From assembly GCA_022819905.1 (NCBI GenBank), contig JAJEGJ010000052.1, forward strand, positions 23,272-87,271: a stretch of 64,000 nucleotides of DNA. The letters run 5' to 3'. The notes below the pieces were generated by a model. It made no database searches. It worked only from the letters and a program-made list of their open reading frames with translations, and had not been told where the DNA came from. Shown in pieces: positions 18,958-29,300 of this stretch; position 1 is the first letter of the stretch, and every line of letters begins with the position of its first letter. Position numbers and translations under genes: made by a program. This DNA is from Alphaproteobacteria bacterium. GTDB lineage: Bacteria > Pseudomonadota > Alphaproteobacteria > TMED109.

Positions 18958-21459
18958 TCAGTAGATCTCATCCTCGAAGCCGCGCACCGTGGCCCCGGCC
19001 GATTCCGGACCGGTGCCGCGCGCGAACGCCTCGAAGATCACCCGTTGCGATTCCGGCGCCGGCCGCCGGCCGGTCTCCGCGTCGATCCGCACCATGTCGA
19101 CGCCGTCCGGAATCCGGAACGGCGATGCCGATCCTTCGGCCAGCGCCCGTTCCATGAAGGCCCCGAAGATGGGCGCGGCCACGCGGCCGCCGCTTTCTCC
19201 GCGACCCAGGTTCCTCGGCTGGTCGTAACCGACGAATACGCAGACGACGAGGTTCGGCGAGAACCCCACGAACCACGCGTCGAGGAAGTCGTTCGTGGTC
19301 CCGGTCTTGCCCGCGAGCGGCATGCCAAGGTTCGCCAGGCGGCGCGCGGTCCCGACCTCGACCACTCCCTTCAGCATCCACGTCACCTGAAACGTGTTGA
19401 CCGGGTCAGCCACGGGGATGCCGAGCGGCGGCAATTCCGGCGGCAATTCCGATTCGAATCCGCACGCCGGACAGCGCCGCAGGTCGCGGCGATGGATCGT
19501 GCGCCCGTGCCGGTCCTGCACGCGTTCGACGAACGCCGGCTCGATCCGTCGGCCGCCGTTCAGCAGCGTTGCGTACGCTGACGCAAGCGCCAGCGGCGTG
19601 GTTTCGGTCGTGCCCAGCGCCGTGGCGAGAAACGGCTGCGGCAACCCCAGCCCGAAGCGTTCGGCGACCTCGGCCACACGTTCCACCCCCAGGGTGTTGG
19701 CCAGCCGTATGGTCATGACATTCCGGGATCGCTCCAGTCCGTCCCGGAGCGTTCGCGGGCCGTAGAACTGACCGGCCGCATAATTCTGGGGGCGCCATTC
19801 CTCCAGGTGCGGTCCCTGGTCTATCACCAGCGGTGCGTCGAGCACGAGGCTTCCCGGCGTCAGACCGTCTTCCAGGGCCGCCAGATAGACGAAGGGCTTG
19901 AAGGCCGAACCGGGTTGACGCTTGGCCTGCGTGGCCCGATTGAACCCGAACTCCCCCTCACCGTAGCCGCCGACGAGCGCGAGCACCCGCCCGTTCCGGG
20001 GATCGAGCGCCACGAGCGCACCTTCGACCTCGGGGAGCTGCCGCAGCTCCGGCTGCCGCTCCCCGGCACCGCCCAGCATCTCCACCAGCAGCACGTGACC
20101 CGGCTCCAGAAGTTCGGCCGGATTCCCGTCTTCGCCGCCTTCCAGCGCCCAGGCCATGTCGGCCCGGGTCATGTCCATGACGGCACCGCCCGCCAGCCCG
20201 ACACGGGCAGTCTGGCCGTCGACTTCCAGCACCACGGCGGGCTCCAGGTGGGGCGGGATCGATACCGGCCGGGCCCCCGGATCGGACAGTTGCCCGGCCC
20301 AGTCCGTTTCTTCCGGGTCCTCGATGGTCCACACCGGCCCCCGGTAGCCGTGCCGGCGGTCGTACGCCTCCAGCCCGTCCCGAAGCACGTCGGTCGCAAT
20401 CTGCTGCAGCGTGGGCTCGAGCGTGGTCGTCACCGTCAGACCGCCCTGATAGAGCACTTCCTCGCCCATCGAGTCGGCGATCCATCGTCGCACTTCCTCG
20501 GCAAAATGCGGGGCTGCGACCAGTGCGTCCCGGCCCTCCCGCGCCACCGAGGTGAGCGGTTCCGCCCGGGCGGACGATGCGGCCTCGGCGGTAACGAAAC
20601 CCTCCTCGGTCATCCGCCGCAGCACGTAGGCGCGCCGCTCGAGCGCCGCTTCGCGCCGCAGTTCCGGATGGTAGTTGTTGGGGCCTTTCGGCAGCGCCGC
20701 CAGGTACGCCATTTCGGCCAGGGACAGCTCGTCCAGGGACTTGTCGAAGTAGTTGCGCGCCGCGGCGGCCACCCCGTACGAGCGGAGCCCGAGGTAGATC
20801 TCGTTGAGATAGAGCTCCAGGATGCGTTCCTTGCTGAGCACGCGTTCCATGCGGAGCGCGAGCAGCGCTTCCTTCACCTTCCGTTCAATCGAGACCGTTC
20901 GCGTCAGCAGGAACGTCTTTGCCACCTGCTGGGTGATCGTCGAGGCACCGATCAGGCGGTGGCCGTCTGCGATGCGGCGGGCGTTCTGGACGACGGCTCG
21001 CGCAATGCCGACGTAGTCCAGCCCTGAATGCGTCCAGAAGTTCCTGTCCTCCGCCGCGATGAAGGCATTCGCCACCTGCTCCGGGATCGAACGGATCGGC
21101 ACGAACTGCCGGTCCTGCTCCGCGTAGCGGCCGAGTGGCTGACCGTCGGCAGCGTAGGTGCGCGACGTTTCCGCCGGCTCGTAATCCATGAGCTGTCGGT
21201 ACTCGGGCAGGTCCTGCCCGAATTGGCTGAGCACGACGATCACCGCGACGATGCCGACGGCCACCCCCAGCAGGCCGGCCAATCCGAAGCCCACCGCAAG
21301 CCTGCGCGTCCACCTTCGCCAGCGGCTCGGCGGGGCCTGGTACTCGGGCTTTAGTCCGGAGGTGCGCCGGAACAGCGCTGCGTCGTTGGGATCAACCGAA
21401 AGTGGCACGCGCAGCCCCCAGCCCGTCGAACACTCCCTCCACCTCGGCCCCGCGCTCAA
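18958..21459 (-). CDS. mrcA: Penicillin-binding protein 1A (bifunctional transglycosylase/transpeptidase)
   Basis: 833-aa ORF. Glycosyltransferase motifs (AFIAAEDRNFWTHSGLD, RKVKEALLALRME) and transpeptidase motifs (GSAFKPFVY, SRN, KTGTT) are present. The start is uncertain. ATG 21459 overlaps the upstream gene by 68 nt, and GTG 21408 is an alternative. Confidence 0.9.
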   Translation of the reverse strand: MSAGPRWRECSTGWGLRVPLSVDPNDAALFRRTSGLKPEYQAPPSRWRRWTRRLAVGFGLAGLLGVAVGIVAVIVVLSQFGQDLPEYRQLMDYEPAETSRTYAADGQPLGRYAEQDRQFVPIRSIPEQVANAFIAAEDRNFWTHSGLDYVGIARAVVQNARRIADGHRLIGASTITQQVAKTFLLTRTVSIERKVKEALLALRMERVLSKERILELYLNEIYLGLRSYGVAAAARNYFDKSLDELSLAEMAYLAALPKGPNNYHPELRREAALERRAYVLRRMTEEGFVTAEAASSARAEPLTSVAREGRDALVAAPHFAEEVRRWIADSMGEEVLYQGGLTVTTTLEPTLQQIATDVLRDGLEAYDRRHGYRGPVWTIEDPEETDWAGQLSDPGARPVSIPPHLEPAVVLEVDGQTARVGLAGGAVMDMTRADMAWALEGGEDGNPAELLEPGHVLLVEMLGGAGERQPELRQLPEVEGALVALDPRNGRVLALVGGYGEGEFGFNRATQAKRQPGSAFKPFVYLAALEDGLTPGSLVLDAPLVIDQGPHLEEWRPQNYAAGQFYGPRTLRDGLERSRNVMTIRLANTLGVERVAEVAERFGLGLPQPFLATALGTTETTPLALASAYATLLNGGRRIEPAFVERVQDRHGRTIHRRDLRRCPACGFESELPPELPPLGIPVADPVNTFQVTWMLKGVVEVGTARRLANLGMPLAGKTGTTNDFLDAWFVGFSPNLVVCVFVGYDQPRNLGRGESGGRVAAPIFGAFMERALAEGSASPFRIPDGVDMVRIDAETGRRPAPESQRVIFEAFARGTGPESAGATVRGFEDEIY

Positions 21460-22201
21460 CCCACTGAATGGCGGTCACGCTGCCCAACAAGACAAACTCG
21501 CCCGCCCGCAGCGTGCCGGCACAGGCCGTGGCGTGGGAAGCGAGCCAGGCCAGGGCGTTGAGCGGATGCCCCAGGATGTCGCTTCCACGTCCCTCAGAGC
21601 ACGTCTCCCCGTTGATGCGCACTTCTCCTGCGAGAGCAGCCAGGTCGAGCTCCGCGGTCAGCCTTCTCGCCGTGCCCAGCACCGCGGCAGCATCAAAGAA
21701 ATCGTCGGCGATCAGGGTCGGTGTATCCAACTCGGCCCGGTCCACGTAGCGATCGTCCACGATCTCGATCGCCGGCATGATCTCGTCAACCACATCAACC
21801 ATGTCTTCGCCTCGGAAGGGCCCGTCAGCGGCATGAAGCGTGGTGCCAAGCCGCACGGCAATCTCGACCTCAACGCCAGGCCGGATGAAATCGGCGTGGC
21901 GGAATCGACCGGTCCCATGATGGACGTTGGCGGCCATGACCCCGCCGCCCGCGGGATGACCGATCCCCAGGTAGCGCTGCATCTGGGCGTTGGTGCATCC
22001 GATCTTCCAACCCGCCCGCTGGCCGAATCCCACAGCCGTGAGTTCCTGATGCAGCGCATGCTGGACGGCATAGGCCGTCGTCTCGTCGCGCGGCCGGAGG
22101 CGCTCGGGGAGGGCGGCGAGGGGGTGACGCTCCAGGCGGTGGCGCGCGATCCACGCGGCGGCCTCACGAACCGGGTCAGCGGCGGGGGCGGAAGTCGTCA
22201 T
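21392..22201 (-). CDS. 2-keto-4-pentenoate hydratase family (MhpD/hydratase-decarboxylase) protein
   Basis: 269-aa ORF. AYAVQHALHQEL...GWKIGCT...IEIVDDRY...LLGSVT is the typical pattern of this hydratase family. Confidence 0.75.
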   Translation of the reverse strand: MTTSAPAADPVREAAAWIARHRLERHPLAALPERLRPRDETTAYAVQHALHQELTAVGFGQRAGWKIGCTNAQMQRYLGIGHPAGGGVMAANVHHGTGRFRHADFIRPGVEVEIAVRLGTTLHAADGPFRGEDMVDVVDEIMPAIEIVDDRYVDRAELDTPTLIADDFFDAAAVLGTARRLTAELDLAALAGEVRINGETCSEGRGSDILGHPLNALAWLASHATACAGTLRAGEFVLLGSVTAIQWVERGAEVEGVFDGLGAARATFG

Positions 22202-22232
22202 GGCCTAGTCATGGTGCGGATTGCCGCTGAGG

Positions 22233-23783
22233 TCAATCCTTGGCGGCATCGGCGGCGGCCGGCTTCTGACGGATGGTCGCCAACATGAGCACCAGGAGCG
22301 CAAACAGCGCCCCGAACAACGGCACGTCTCCCATCCTTGCGTGCAGCGGCGGCTTCTCGGGCACCGGCAGGGGGTGGTCGATCACCCCACGCTGACCCAG
22401 TGGCAGCCGGGCAAGAACGCGGCCGCGCGCGTCGATCACGGCGGATATGCCGGTGTTCGCGGCCCGGACGACCGGCAGGCCCTCCTCGACGGCTCGGAGG
22501 CGGGCCTGGGCAAAGTGCTGATAGGGCCCCGAGGTGCGCCCGAACCATGCATCGTTGGTCACGTTCAGCAGCCAGGCCGGCCGCTCCGGCCCTCCCGTCG
22601 ACGTGGGGAAGATGATCTCGTAGCAGATCGCGGGCGCCACCGGCGGGAAACCAGGAATGGATACGCGGGCGCGCGCATCCGCAGCCTGCATTCCGCGTCC
22701 CGTCATCGGTAGGAGAACGTCGGGCAGCCATGCTGCAAGCGGGAGAAACTCTCCGAATGGCACGAGGTGCACCTTGTCATAATACGCTTCCACCTGGCCG
22801 TCCGGAGCCAGGAAGAACAGGCTGTTGAACACACTGCCATCGGCCGGACGGATCCTGAAGCCGCCGGTCGCGAGCCGGACGTCACCGGGGATCGCCTGCT
22901 GGACATCGCGAACATTCCGCCGAATATCCTCCCGCCCCGTCGGATCGAATGGCACGACGGCCTCCGGCCAGATCACCAGCTTCGGGGGCGGGTCCGCCGG
23001 CGGTGTCCGCGAGGTGACGACGTACTGCCGCAGGTTGTCGTCGAACCGGTCCGCGTCGAGCCGGGCAGCCTGCGGAACGTTGCCCTGGACGATCCGAACC
23101 ACAGGACCCTCGCCCAGATCGAGGGTCCGGACATTGTCGCGCAGGAAGCCGAGAAAGAGCACGGCCGCCAACGGGGCGGGCAGCAGCAGCCCCAACCGTA
23201 ACCGGCGGCTGGCCAAGGCGGCCGGCGCCAGCGCTGCGAACACGGTCACGGCCCCGAGACCGTGCGTGCCAATCCACGCCGCCGGCTGCAGGGTTTCGAC
23301 GGAAAAGGCCCAGACCTGGCCCGTGAGATTCCACGGGAACCCGGTCAACAGCCAGCTTCGAAGTCCTTCGGCGAGGACCCACGCCGCGCCGAGGGCGACC
23401 AGTCGACGGGGCAGCGAGTCGAACGTCCGGGCCACCAATGCCGCCGATGCCGGAAACACCGCGAGCCCGGCCGACAGTCCCGCGACGCCGATGCCGCCGG
23501 CGATCCAACCGAACTGCCCCGTGTAGACGAACGAGGCGCCGATCCAGTAGAGCCCTGCCGCGAACTGACCGAGGCCGAAGGCCCAGCCAGTCCAGAAGGC
23601 CCGGCGAAGCCCGCCGGTGCTGATCAGCCAGGCCAGGATCGGAAACGACACCAATAGCACCGGTACGGCGTGAATCGGCGCGAACGCCGCCGCCGAAGCC
23701 GCGCCCGCCAGCATCGCCGCAGCCGCGCGGAGCACGTAGCTCTCCGAAATTCGACGCGTGATCGAGCGGCCGCTCCAGGGCAT
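22233..23783 (-). CDS. lnt: Apolipoprotein N-acyltransferase
   Basis: 516-aa ORF. A multi-TM N-terminus is followed by a CN-hydrolase domain (LVIWPEAVVPF, YDKVHLVPFGEFLP, ICYEIIFP, NVTNDAWFG). Confidence 0.9.
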   Translation of the reverse strand: MPWSGRSITRRISESYVLRAAAAMLAGAASAAAFAPIHAVPVLLVSFPILAWLISTGGLRRAFWTGWAFGLGQFAAGLYWIGASFVYTGQFGWIAGGIGVAGLSAGLAVFPASAALVARTFDSLPRRLVALGAAWVLAEGLRSWLLTGFPWNLTGQVWAFSVETLQPAAWIGTHGLGAVTVFAALAPAALASRRLRLGLLLPAPLAAVLFLGFLRDNVRTLDLGEGPVVRIVQGNVPQAARLDADRFDDNLRQYVVTSRTPPADPPPKLVIWPEAVVPFDPTGREDIRRNVRDVQQAIPGDVRLATGGFRIRPADGSVFNSLFFLAPDGQVEAYYDKVHLVPFGEFLPLAAWLPDVLLPMTGRGMQAADARARVSIPGFPPVAPAICYEIIFPTSTGGPERPAWLLNVTNDAWFGRTSGPYQHFAQARLRAVEEGLPVVRAANTGISAVIDARGRVLARLPLGQRGVIDHPLPVPEKPPLHARMGDVPLFGALFALLVLMLATIRQKPAAADAAKD

Positions 23784-24201
23784 CTCAGGACTCTTGAGGA
23801 CGGGGCGCGAGACGCACGGAGAGGATCATGGGGCAGCGGTCAATCACGGACCATGCTGCACCGCCACACGGTACCATGGTTGTCGGCGCGACCGAATGTC
23901 CGACCAAGGGGCGCGAGGCTCAGGATCCCGGATTGGCGCGGCGCCCGGAAGACGACGGCGCGTAGCAATTCTGGGCCGGGCCGACGCGAGCCCAGCATGC
24001 GCGGCGTCGGCCATCTCCCCGTGGTGCATGCATCCAAGCGTGCGCGGCCCACCGATGGCCCTCCCTGGGTTTGTTGCGTCAGCACCGCTTCGTTGGCACA
24101 CTCGCGATCTCCGACTTCCAGCGCTGGTCGCCAAGTACTGCCGAGGCGAAACAGGTTCGTGCCAACGCGGTACTGTCCTGCACGCGTCGGAGAACACGCG
24201 G

Positions 24202-24277
24202 GGCCCCTTCGTCTAGCGGTCCAGGACGCCGCCCTCTCACGGCGGAAACAGGGGTTCGATTCCCCTAGGGGTCACCA
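24202..24277 (+). tRNA. tRNA-Glu (anticodon CUC), CCA encoded
   Basis: Hand-folded cloverleaf. Acceptor GGCCCCT pairs with AGGGGTC with one G-U pair. Anticodon stem is CCGCC/GGCGG and the loop is CT-CTC-AC. T arm is AGGGG-TTCGATT-CCCCT. Discriminator is A, followed by CCA. Confidence 0.88.
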
Positions 24278-24723
24278 GGCCACCTCGCGCCCGCCGGGCG
24301 ACGTTGTCAACCACCAGATACATCGTCGCAACTGGCACCTTCATGCTTCTGTGCCCGTTTGTACGGTCGACGGTTTCTCTGCCGCGCCCTCCCAGCTCAG
24401 TTGCACATCAGAGCAAGTCGTTTCCGGAACCGTTTCCTTGCGATACGCGGACACAGGCGAAGACCCGGGACGAACATTTCAGGTCTGATGCCGTTCTGGG
24501 CCGTTCGTCCGGCGCGATTCGTCAACTCGCCGGGGCCGCACAACTTCGCTTTCCAGCCACGTCACGCCGATGCAAGTAAGAGGAAGATCGGTTCCCGGAC
24601 CGGCAGCAGGCTGACCAAGCCCCAATGGTCCTCGAAGCGGCGTTGGTGAATCCGGGCCGGCGCAACGCTGATTCCCGCCGGACGAGTCGTTCCGGCGGCC
24701 GGACCGGGAAGCCCGGCGGCGAT

Positions 24724-25914
24724 TCAGAACCCTCGTGTCTTGAAATAGTGATCCACGTAATCCGCGATGGCGGTCATCAATTGGCGTCGGTACTTGGGGC
24801 TGGCAAGGAGCTTTGCATCCTTCGCGTTGGAGACAAATCCCATTTCGATCAGCACCGACGGAATATGGAAGCCGCGCAGCACGGCGAAGTTTGCCTGCCG
24901 GTGCGGCCGGCGGAGGAGCCCAATGCCGCGCTCTCCAAGTGATGCGACCAGCGACTCGGCAAACTGCGCCGAGAGATTGCGGGCCCCGGTGCGGGTCAGA
25001 TCCATCATCGCGCTTTGGACCTGCCGGTCGTACGATTGCAGGTTGGCCACGTCCAGCACCGCATCGACTGCATCCGCATCCCTGGCCAGCGTTTCGGCCA
25101 GTCGGTCCGACGCCTTGTCGGACAGCGTGTACGCACTGAGGCCACGGGTCCCGGGTCGCTTGACCGCATCGGCGTGCAACGACACAAACAGGTCGCCCTT
25201 CGCCAGGACAGAGATCTCGACCCGTTTACGGAGCGGGATGTACACGTCGGTTTCACGGGTCAGGACGACCCTGTATTTCCGCTTCCGGAGGATCTCCCGC
25301 AAGCTCTTGGCGGCCGCAAGCGTCAGGTCCTTTTCTCGCAGGGACCCCCGCAGCGCACCCGGGTCCTTGCCGCCGTGTCCTGCGTCGATGATGACGGTGA
25401 ACGGCGTGTTACGCGCACGGGGTTCCGCCAGCCCCCCCTTCAGATCAAGAACAATCCGGTCAGGCCGACCACCGTCCGGCGGGAGCGTGAAGTGCCGGTG
25501 CAAGTGAAAGGCGCCTGCAGTATCGAATACCAGGCGTGTGACCTGAGCCTCACGGCGGCCGACTCGAATGCGCTGCACGGCACCGGCGGCCGAAACCCGG
25601 CCCAGCTCCCCGAGGCCGGCCGACACGTCGATCACGAGGCGATCCGGCTCCTGGAGCACGAAGGTCTCGTATGGAGCGGGCGCCGACAACTCGACGACCA
25701 CCCGCGTGACGGCCTCAGCGTCCGTGCGCCCGCCCTCCGGCGCCCCGATCCGAACGTTGTCCACCGTTGCGCCCGCCGCCGCGCCCGCGTGCGCCAGCCC
25801 GATGAGGAACCCGAACCCGAGAGTGGCCGCACACGCCCGCAACCGCACCCGACCGGCATACTGCAGCACCCTCGACTCCCGGCCGGCGGTCAGAACACTA
25901 TCACGCAGGATCAT
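24724..25914 (-). CDS. amiC: N-acetylmuramoyl-L-alanine amidase (AMIN domain plus amidase_3)
   Basis: 396-aa ORF. The N-terminal AMIN-like region (TRVVVELSAP...RLVIDV) is followed by the amidase_3 motifs VIIDAGHGGKDPGA, SLHAD and VLIEMGF. Confidence 0.88.
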   Translation of the reverse strand: MILRDSVLTAGRESRVLQYAGRVRLRACAATLGFGFLIGLAHAGAAAGATVDNVRIGAPEGGRTDAEAVTRVVVELSAPAPYETFVLQEPDRLVIDVSAGLGELGRVSAAGAVQRIRVGRREAQVTRLVFDTAGAFHLHRHFTLPPDGGRPDRIVLDLKGGLAEPRARNTPFTVIIDAGHGGKDPGALRGSLREKDLTLAAAKSLREILRKRKYRVVLTRETDVYIPLRKRVEISVLAKGDLFVSLHADAVKRPGTRGLSAYTLSDKASDRLAETLARDADAVDAVLDVANLQSYDRQVQSAMMDLTRTGARNLSAQFAESLVASLGERGIGLLRRPHRQANFAVLRGFHIPSVLIEMGFVSNAKDAKLLASPKYRRQLMTAIADYVDHYFKTRGF

Positions 25915-25979
25915 ATGAGAACATGTGTTGTTGCATGGCTAGTATGTTCCAACACTAGGGCCCCGTCTCCATATCAAGC

Positions 25980-26008
25980 TTGCGAAAATCCGCGAAACCT
26001 GCGATACT
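25980..26008 (+). promoter_or_regulatory. Candidate sigma70-type promoter for rne (TTGCGA-N17-GATACT)
   Basis: Hexamers TTGCGA (25980-25985) and GATACT (26003-26008) are separated by 17 nt. They lie in the lower-GC amiC/rne divergent spacer and would give a leader of about 300 nt before ATG 26317. Confidence 0.35.
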
Positions 26009-26316
26009 CCAAGTGAATAGCAGACAGTGCCAAGAGCGCGCGACCGCGTGTCGCCCGGCGCTGCTCCGAAAGAATTTACCTAAGGGCGGCCCACGCAACG
26101 CCGGTCGCCGGCCTTCAATGTCCTAGCTCGTGCCAAGTCATATCGCAAACACGGCGCGCTGCCCTGCCGGACCGAACGTGAGCGGCTGGGGCACCACGGA
26201 CATCGGCAAATCGCTCAACAAGTACCGGCCAGGTCTGACTGGACCGGGTTCACGACATTTCGCGGCTGCTGCCCCCGCTCGCAATGCAGGGGCTTACGCG
26301 CCGACCTGGAGTTTTC

Positions 26317-29300
26317 ATGCCAAAACGAATGCTAATCGACGCGGCGCGCCCCGAAGAGACGCGTGTCGTCGTTGCTGATGGGGCCCAACTAGAGGATTAC
26401 GATGTAGCACTCGCCTCACGCCCGCAGATCAGGGGCAACATCTACCTTGCCAAGGTGGTTCGCGTTGAGGCGTCGCTGCAAGCGGCCTTTGTCGACTATG
26501 GACACGAGAAGCACGGTTTTCTGAGCTTCACGGAAATCCACCCCGATTATTTCCAGATTCCCGTCGCCGATCGCGAGGCCATCGTCGCCCGCGACAGCGA
26601 ACTCGCGCGCCAGGAAGCTGAAGCTGAAGAATTGGATGACGACGGCCCGGAGGACATCGACGCCGCCGACACCGGAGAGGAACTGTCCGCGGATTCCGGC
26701 GAGGAAGACGAAGATCAAGTTGCCGAAGGCGACAACCGCAGCGAGCGGCCGCGGCGGCGCTTGAGCCGGCGACGGTCGGAAAAGCAGCGCCGGGCCGAGC
26801 TGTACCGGAACTACCGGATCCAGGAGGTCATTCGCAACGGACAGCTGATCCTGGTCCAGGCCACCAAGGAACAGCGCGGCAGCAAGGGCGCCGTGTTCTC
26901 CAGCTACATCTCGCTGCCCGGCCGGTACACGGTGCTCATGCCCAACACCGCCCACGGCGGCGGGGTCAGCCGAAAGATCGGGGGCCCCGACGACCGCAAG
27001 CGTCTTCGTAAGGTCGTGAAGGACCTGGAGGTGGCGGAGGGCATGTCGGTGATTCTCCGCACCGTCGCCAAGGGCCGCACCCGCGCGGAGATCCGCCGTG
27101 ACTTCGATTACGTCGTCTCGCTCTGGTCCGACATCCGGGAAAAAACCCTCAACTCCGTCGGCGCATCTCTGGTTCACCACGAAAACGACCTGGTCAAGCG
27201 GGCGGTACGCGACATGTATCAGTCCGACGTGTCCGAGGTCATGGTTGCTGGCGAGGAAGCGTACAGACGGGCCAAGGACATCACCAAGGTTCTTTCGCCG
27301 TCGAAAGCACGTCACGTCAAGCTGTACCGCGGCGACCTCCCGTTCTACCACTCCTACGGTATTGAGCGTCCGCTGGCCAGCGTCCATCGGCCGGAGGTCC
27401 GGTTGCCATCCGGGGGCTCAATGGTCATCGCCCAGACGGAGGCACTCGTTACCGTCGACATCAACTCGGGACGCGCGATCCGCGAACGGCACATCGAAGA
27501 GACGGCGCTCAAGACCAATCTCGAGGCGGTGGACGAGCTGGCGCGGCAGTTCCGGCTCCGGGATCTCGCCGGGCTCATCGTCATCGACTTCATCGGCATG
27601 GAGCGACGGCGCAACAACGAGCAGGTCGAGCAGCGCCTGAAGGAAGTCCTGAAGCATGATCGCGCCCGCACCCATGTCGGTCGCATGTCGGAGTTCGGCC
27701 TGATCGAAATGTCGCGCCAGCGGCTCCGGGCCAGCATCCACGACACCCAGCACGAGCCCTGCGCCAACTGCCACGGCCACGGCTGGATCTACCGGCCCGA
27801 GGCGCACGCACTGATGGTGATTCGCGCGCTGGAATGCGAGGTCGCAAATCATCGAGGCTGCCGGTTCCGCGTGTCGGTCCCCCCTGCCTGCGCACAATAC
27901 CTGTCCGAAACCATGTGGCGGTCGGTGCACCAACTCGAGACGCAGTTCGAGGTCCGGATCGAAATCCAGGCAACGGCCGAACCGCTGGCCGACAATTACC
28001 TGCTGGAGGTCGTCCGCGCTGACGGTACCAGCATGTCGCTCAATCCGACGCAGGCGAACGAGCTGGACTCCGGAACCATCAAGCAGGGGGAGCGGAGCCG
28101 CCGCGGTGGGCGAAGTCGGGCATCAGCCCGGGATGAGGACGGTGCGGACGAGCGCCCGGCACGGTCCAGACGGGCCCGTTCGGCTCGTGCAGACGACAGC
28201 AGCCAGGACGGAGAAGAAGAGCGGCGTCTTCGGAGTCGCAACGGCAGGGCGTCAGCCCGACGCGGCGCCGACGACGACAAACGCAGCGCCCGCAATGGAC
28301 GCCGGCGACCGGCCGACCGCGCTGATTTCGACGATGACACCGAGGAGGGTTTCTCCGAACGCCGGCGCGAGATGCCCGTTGCTCGCGACGAATACGATGA
28401 GGACGGCGACGAAGAGCGCCGTCCCAGGGCGCGACGCGCCCGAGCGGGTTCTCCCAACGGGTACGACGACGCGGAAGGGCGACGTCGGTCCCGAGGCCGC
28501 CGCGGCCGCGCCGTCGAACGTGACCCGGTCGACGACGTAGCCGATGACGATCGAACCCGTCGTGAACGCTGGTCCCGACCGGACGATGATGACGACTACG
28601 ACGTCGAAGAGGAACGCCGCGGTTCCGATCGAGGGACTCGATACGCGGATCGTGACGCGGACGACGATGACGACCTGGTCAGGGAGACCCCGTCCCGTCG
28701 GCGGAGGTCCCGCACGCAAGTGCGCCAGGACGGTGATCACGATGCGGCCGACGCGCCCCGCGCGCGAGGCAGACGCTCACGGACGCCGACCGACAGCGAG
28801 TACGACGATGAGTTCCCCGAAGAACCGCGCACTCGCCGGCGGCGCGCTCAAGCCACACCACGCAGTGAACCCGAAGATCTGTTCGAAGAAGGCTCCCGCA
28901 CCGGCCGGAAACGGGAGAGGCCGCGATCAGCAGACGATCGCTCGGACCTGGATGCGGATGAACCGAGGGGACGGAGGCGCCGGGCGCGGTCGGCCGGGCG
29001 CGACGAGCCGCGCAGTGAGAAGACCGAAGAGCGACGGCCGAGACGCTCGTCATCCCGGCCGGACACTGTCGAGGACGGCCACGATGCTGCAGAGGACTTT
29101 GTTGAGTCGATGCCGGTCGACGGCAGGCCAGCGGACTCCGGTGACCGATCCGAGGAACCGGACGTCTTTGCCGATGCCGCCGACGGAGATGGCTACGCGG
29201 TCGGGGACGCGGATTCTCCGTTCGAGGAGCAGCCGGAAACGCCGCTCTCCGGTCGGAGCGACCGATCGAGCCGACGCACGCGACGAGGATCGCGCGGGGG

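Noticed and set aside
23670-24488. 272-aa plus-strand ORF spanning the lnt upstream region and the tRNA
   Set aside because: It reads straight through a well-folded tRNA-Glu and has no protein-like features.
25925-25958. GAACAT-GTGTTG ... ATGTTC-CAACAC complementary blocks just upstream of amiC
   Set aside because: The complementary halves are in permuted order (A B ... A' B'), so they cannot form a simple hairpin. At 6 nt each, chance occurrence in a lower-GC spacer is plausible.
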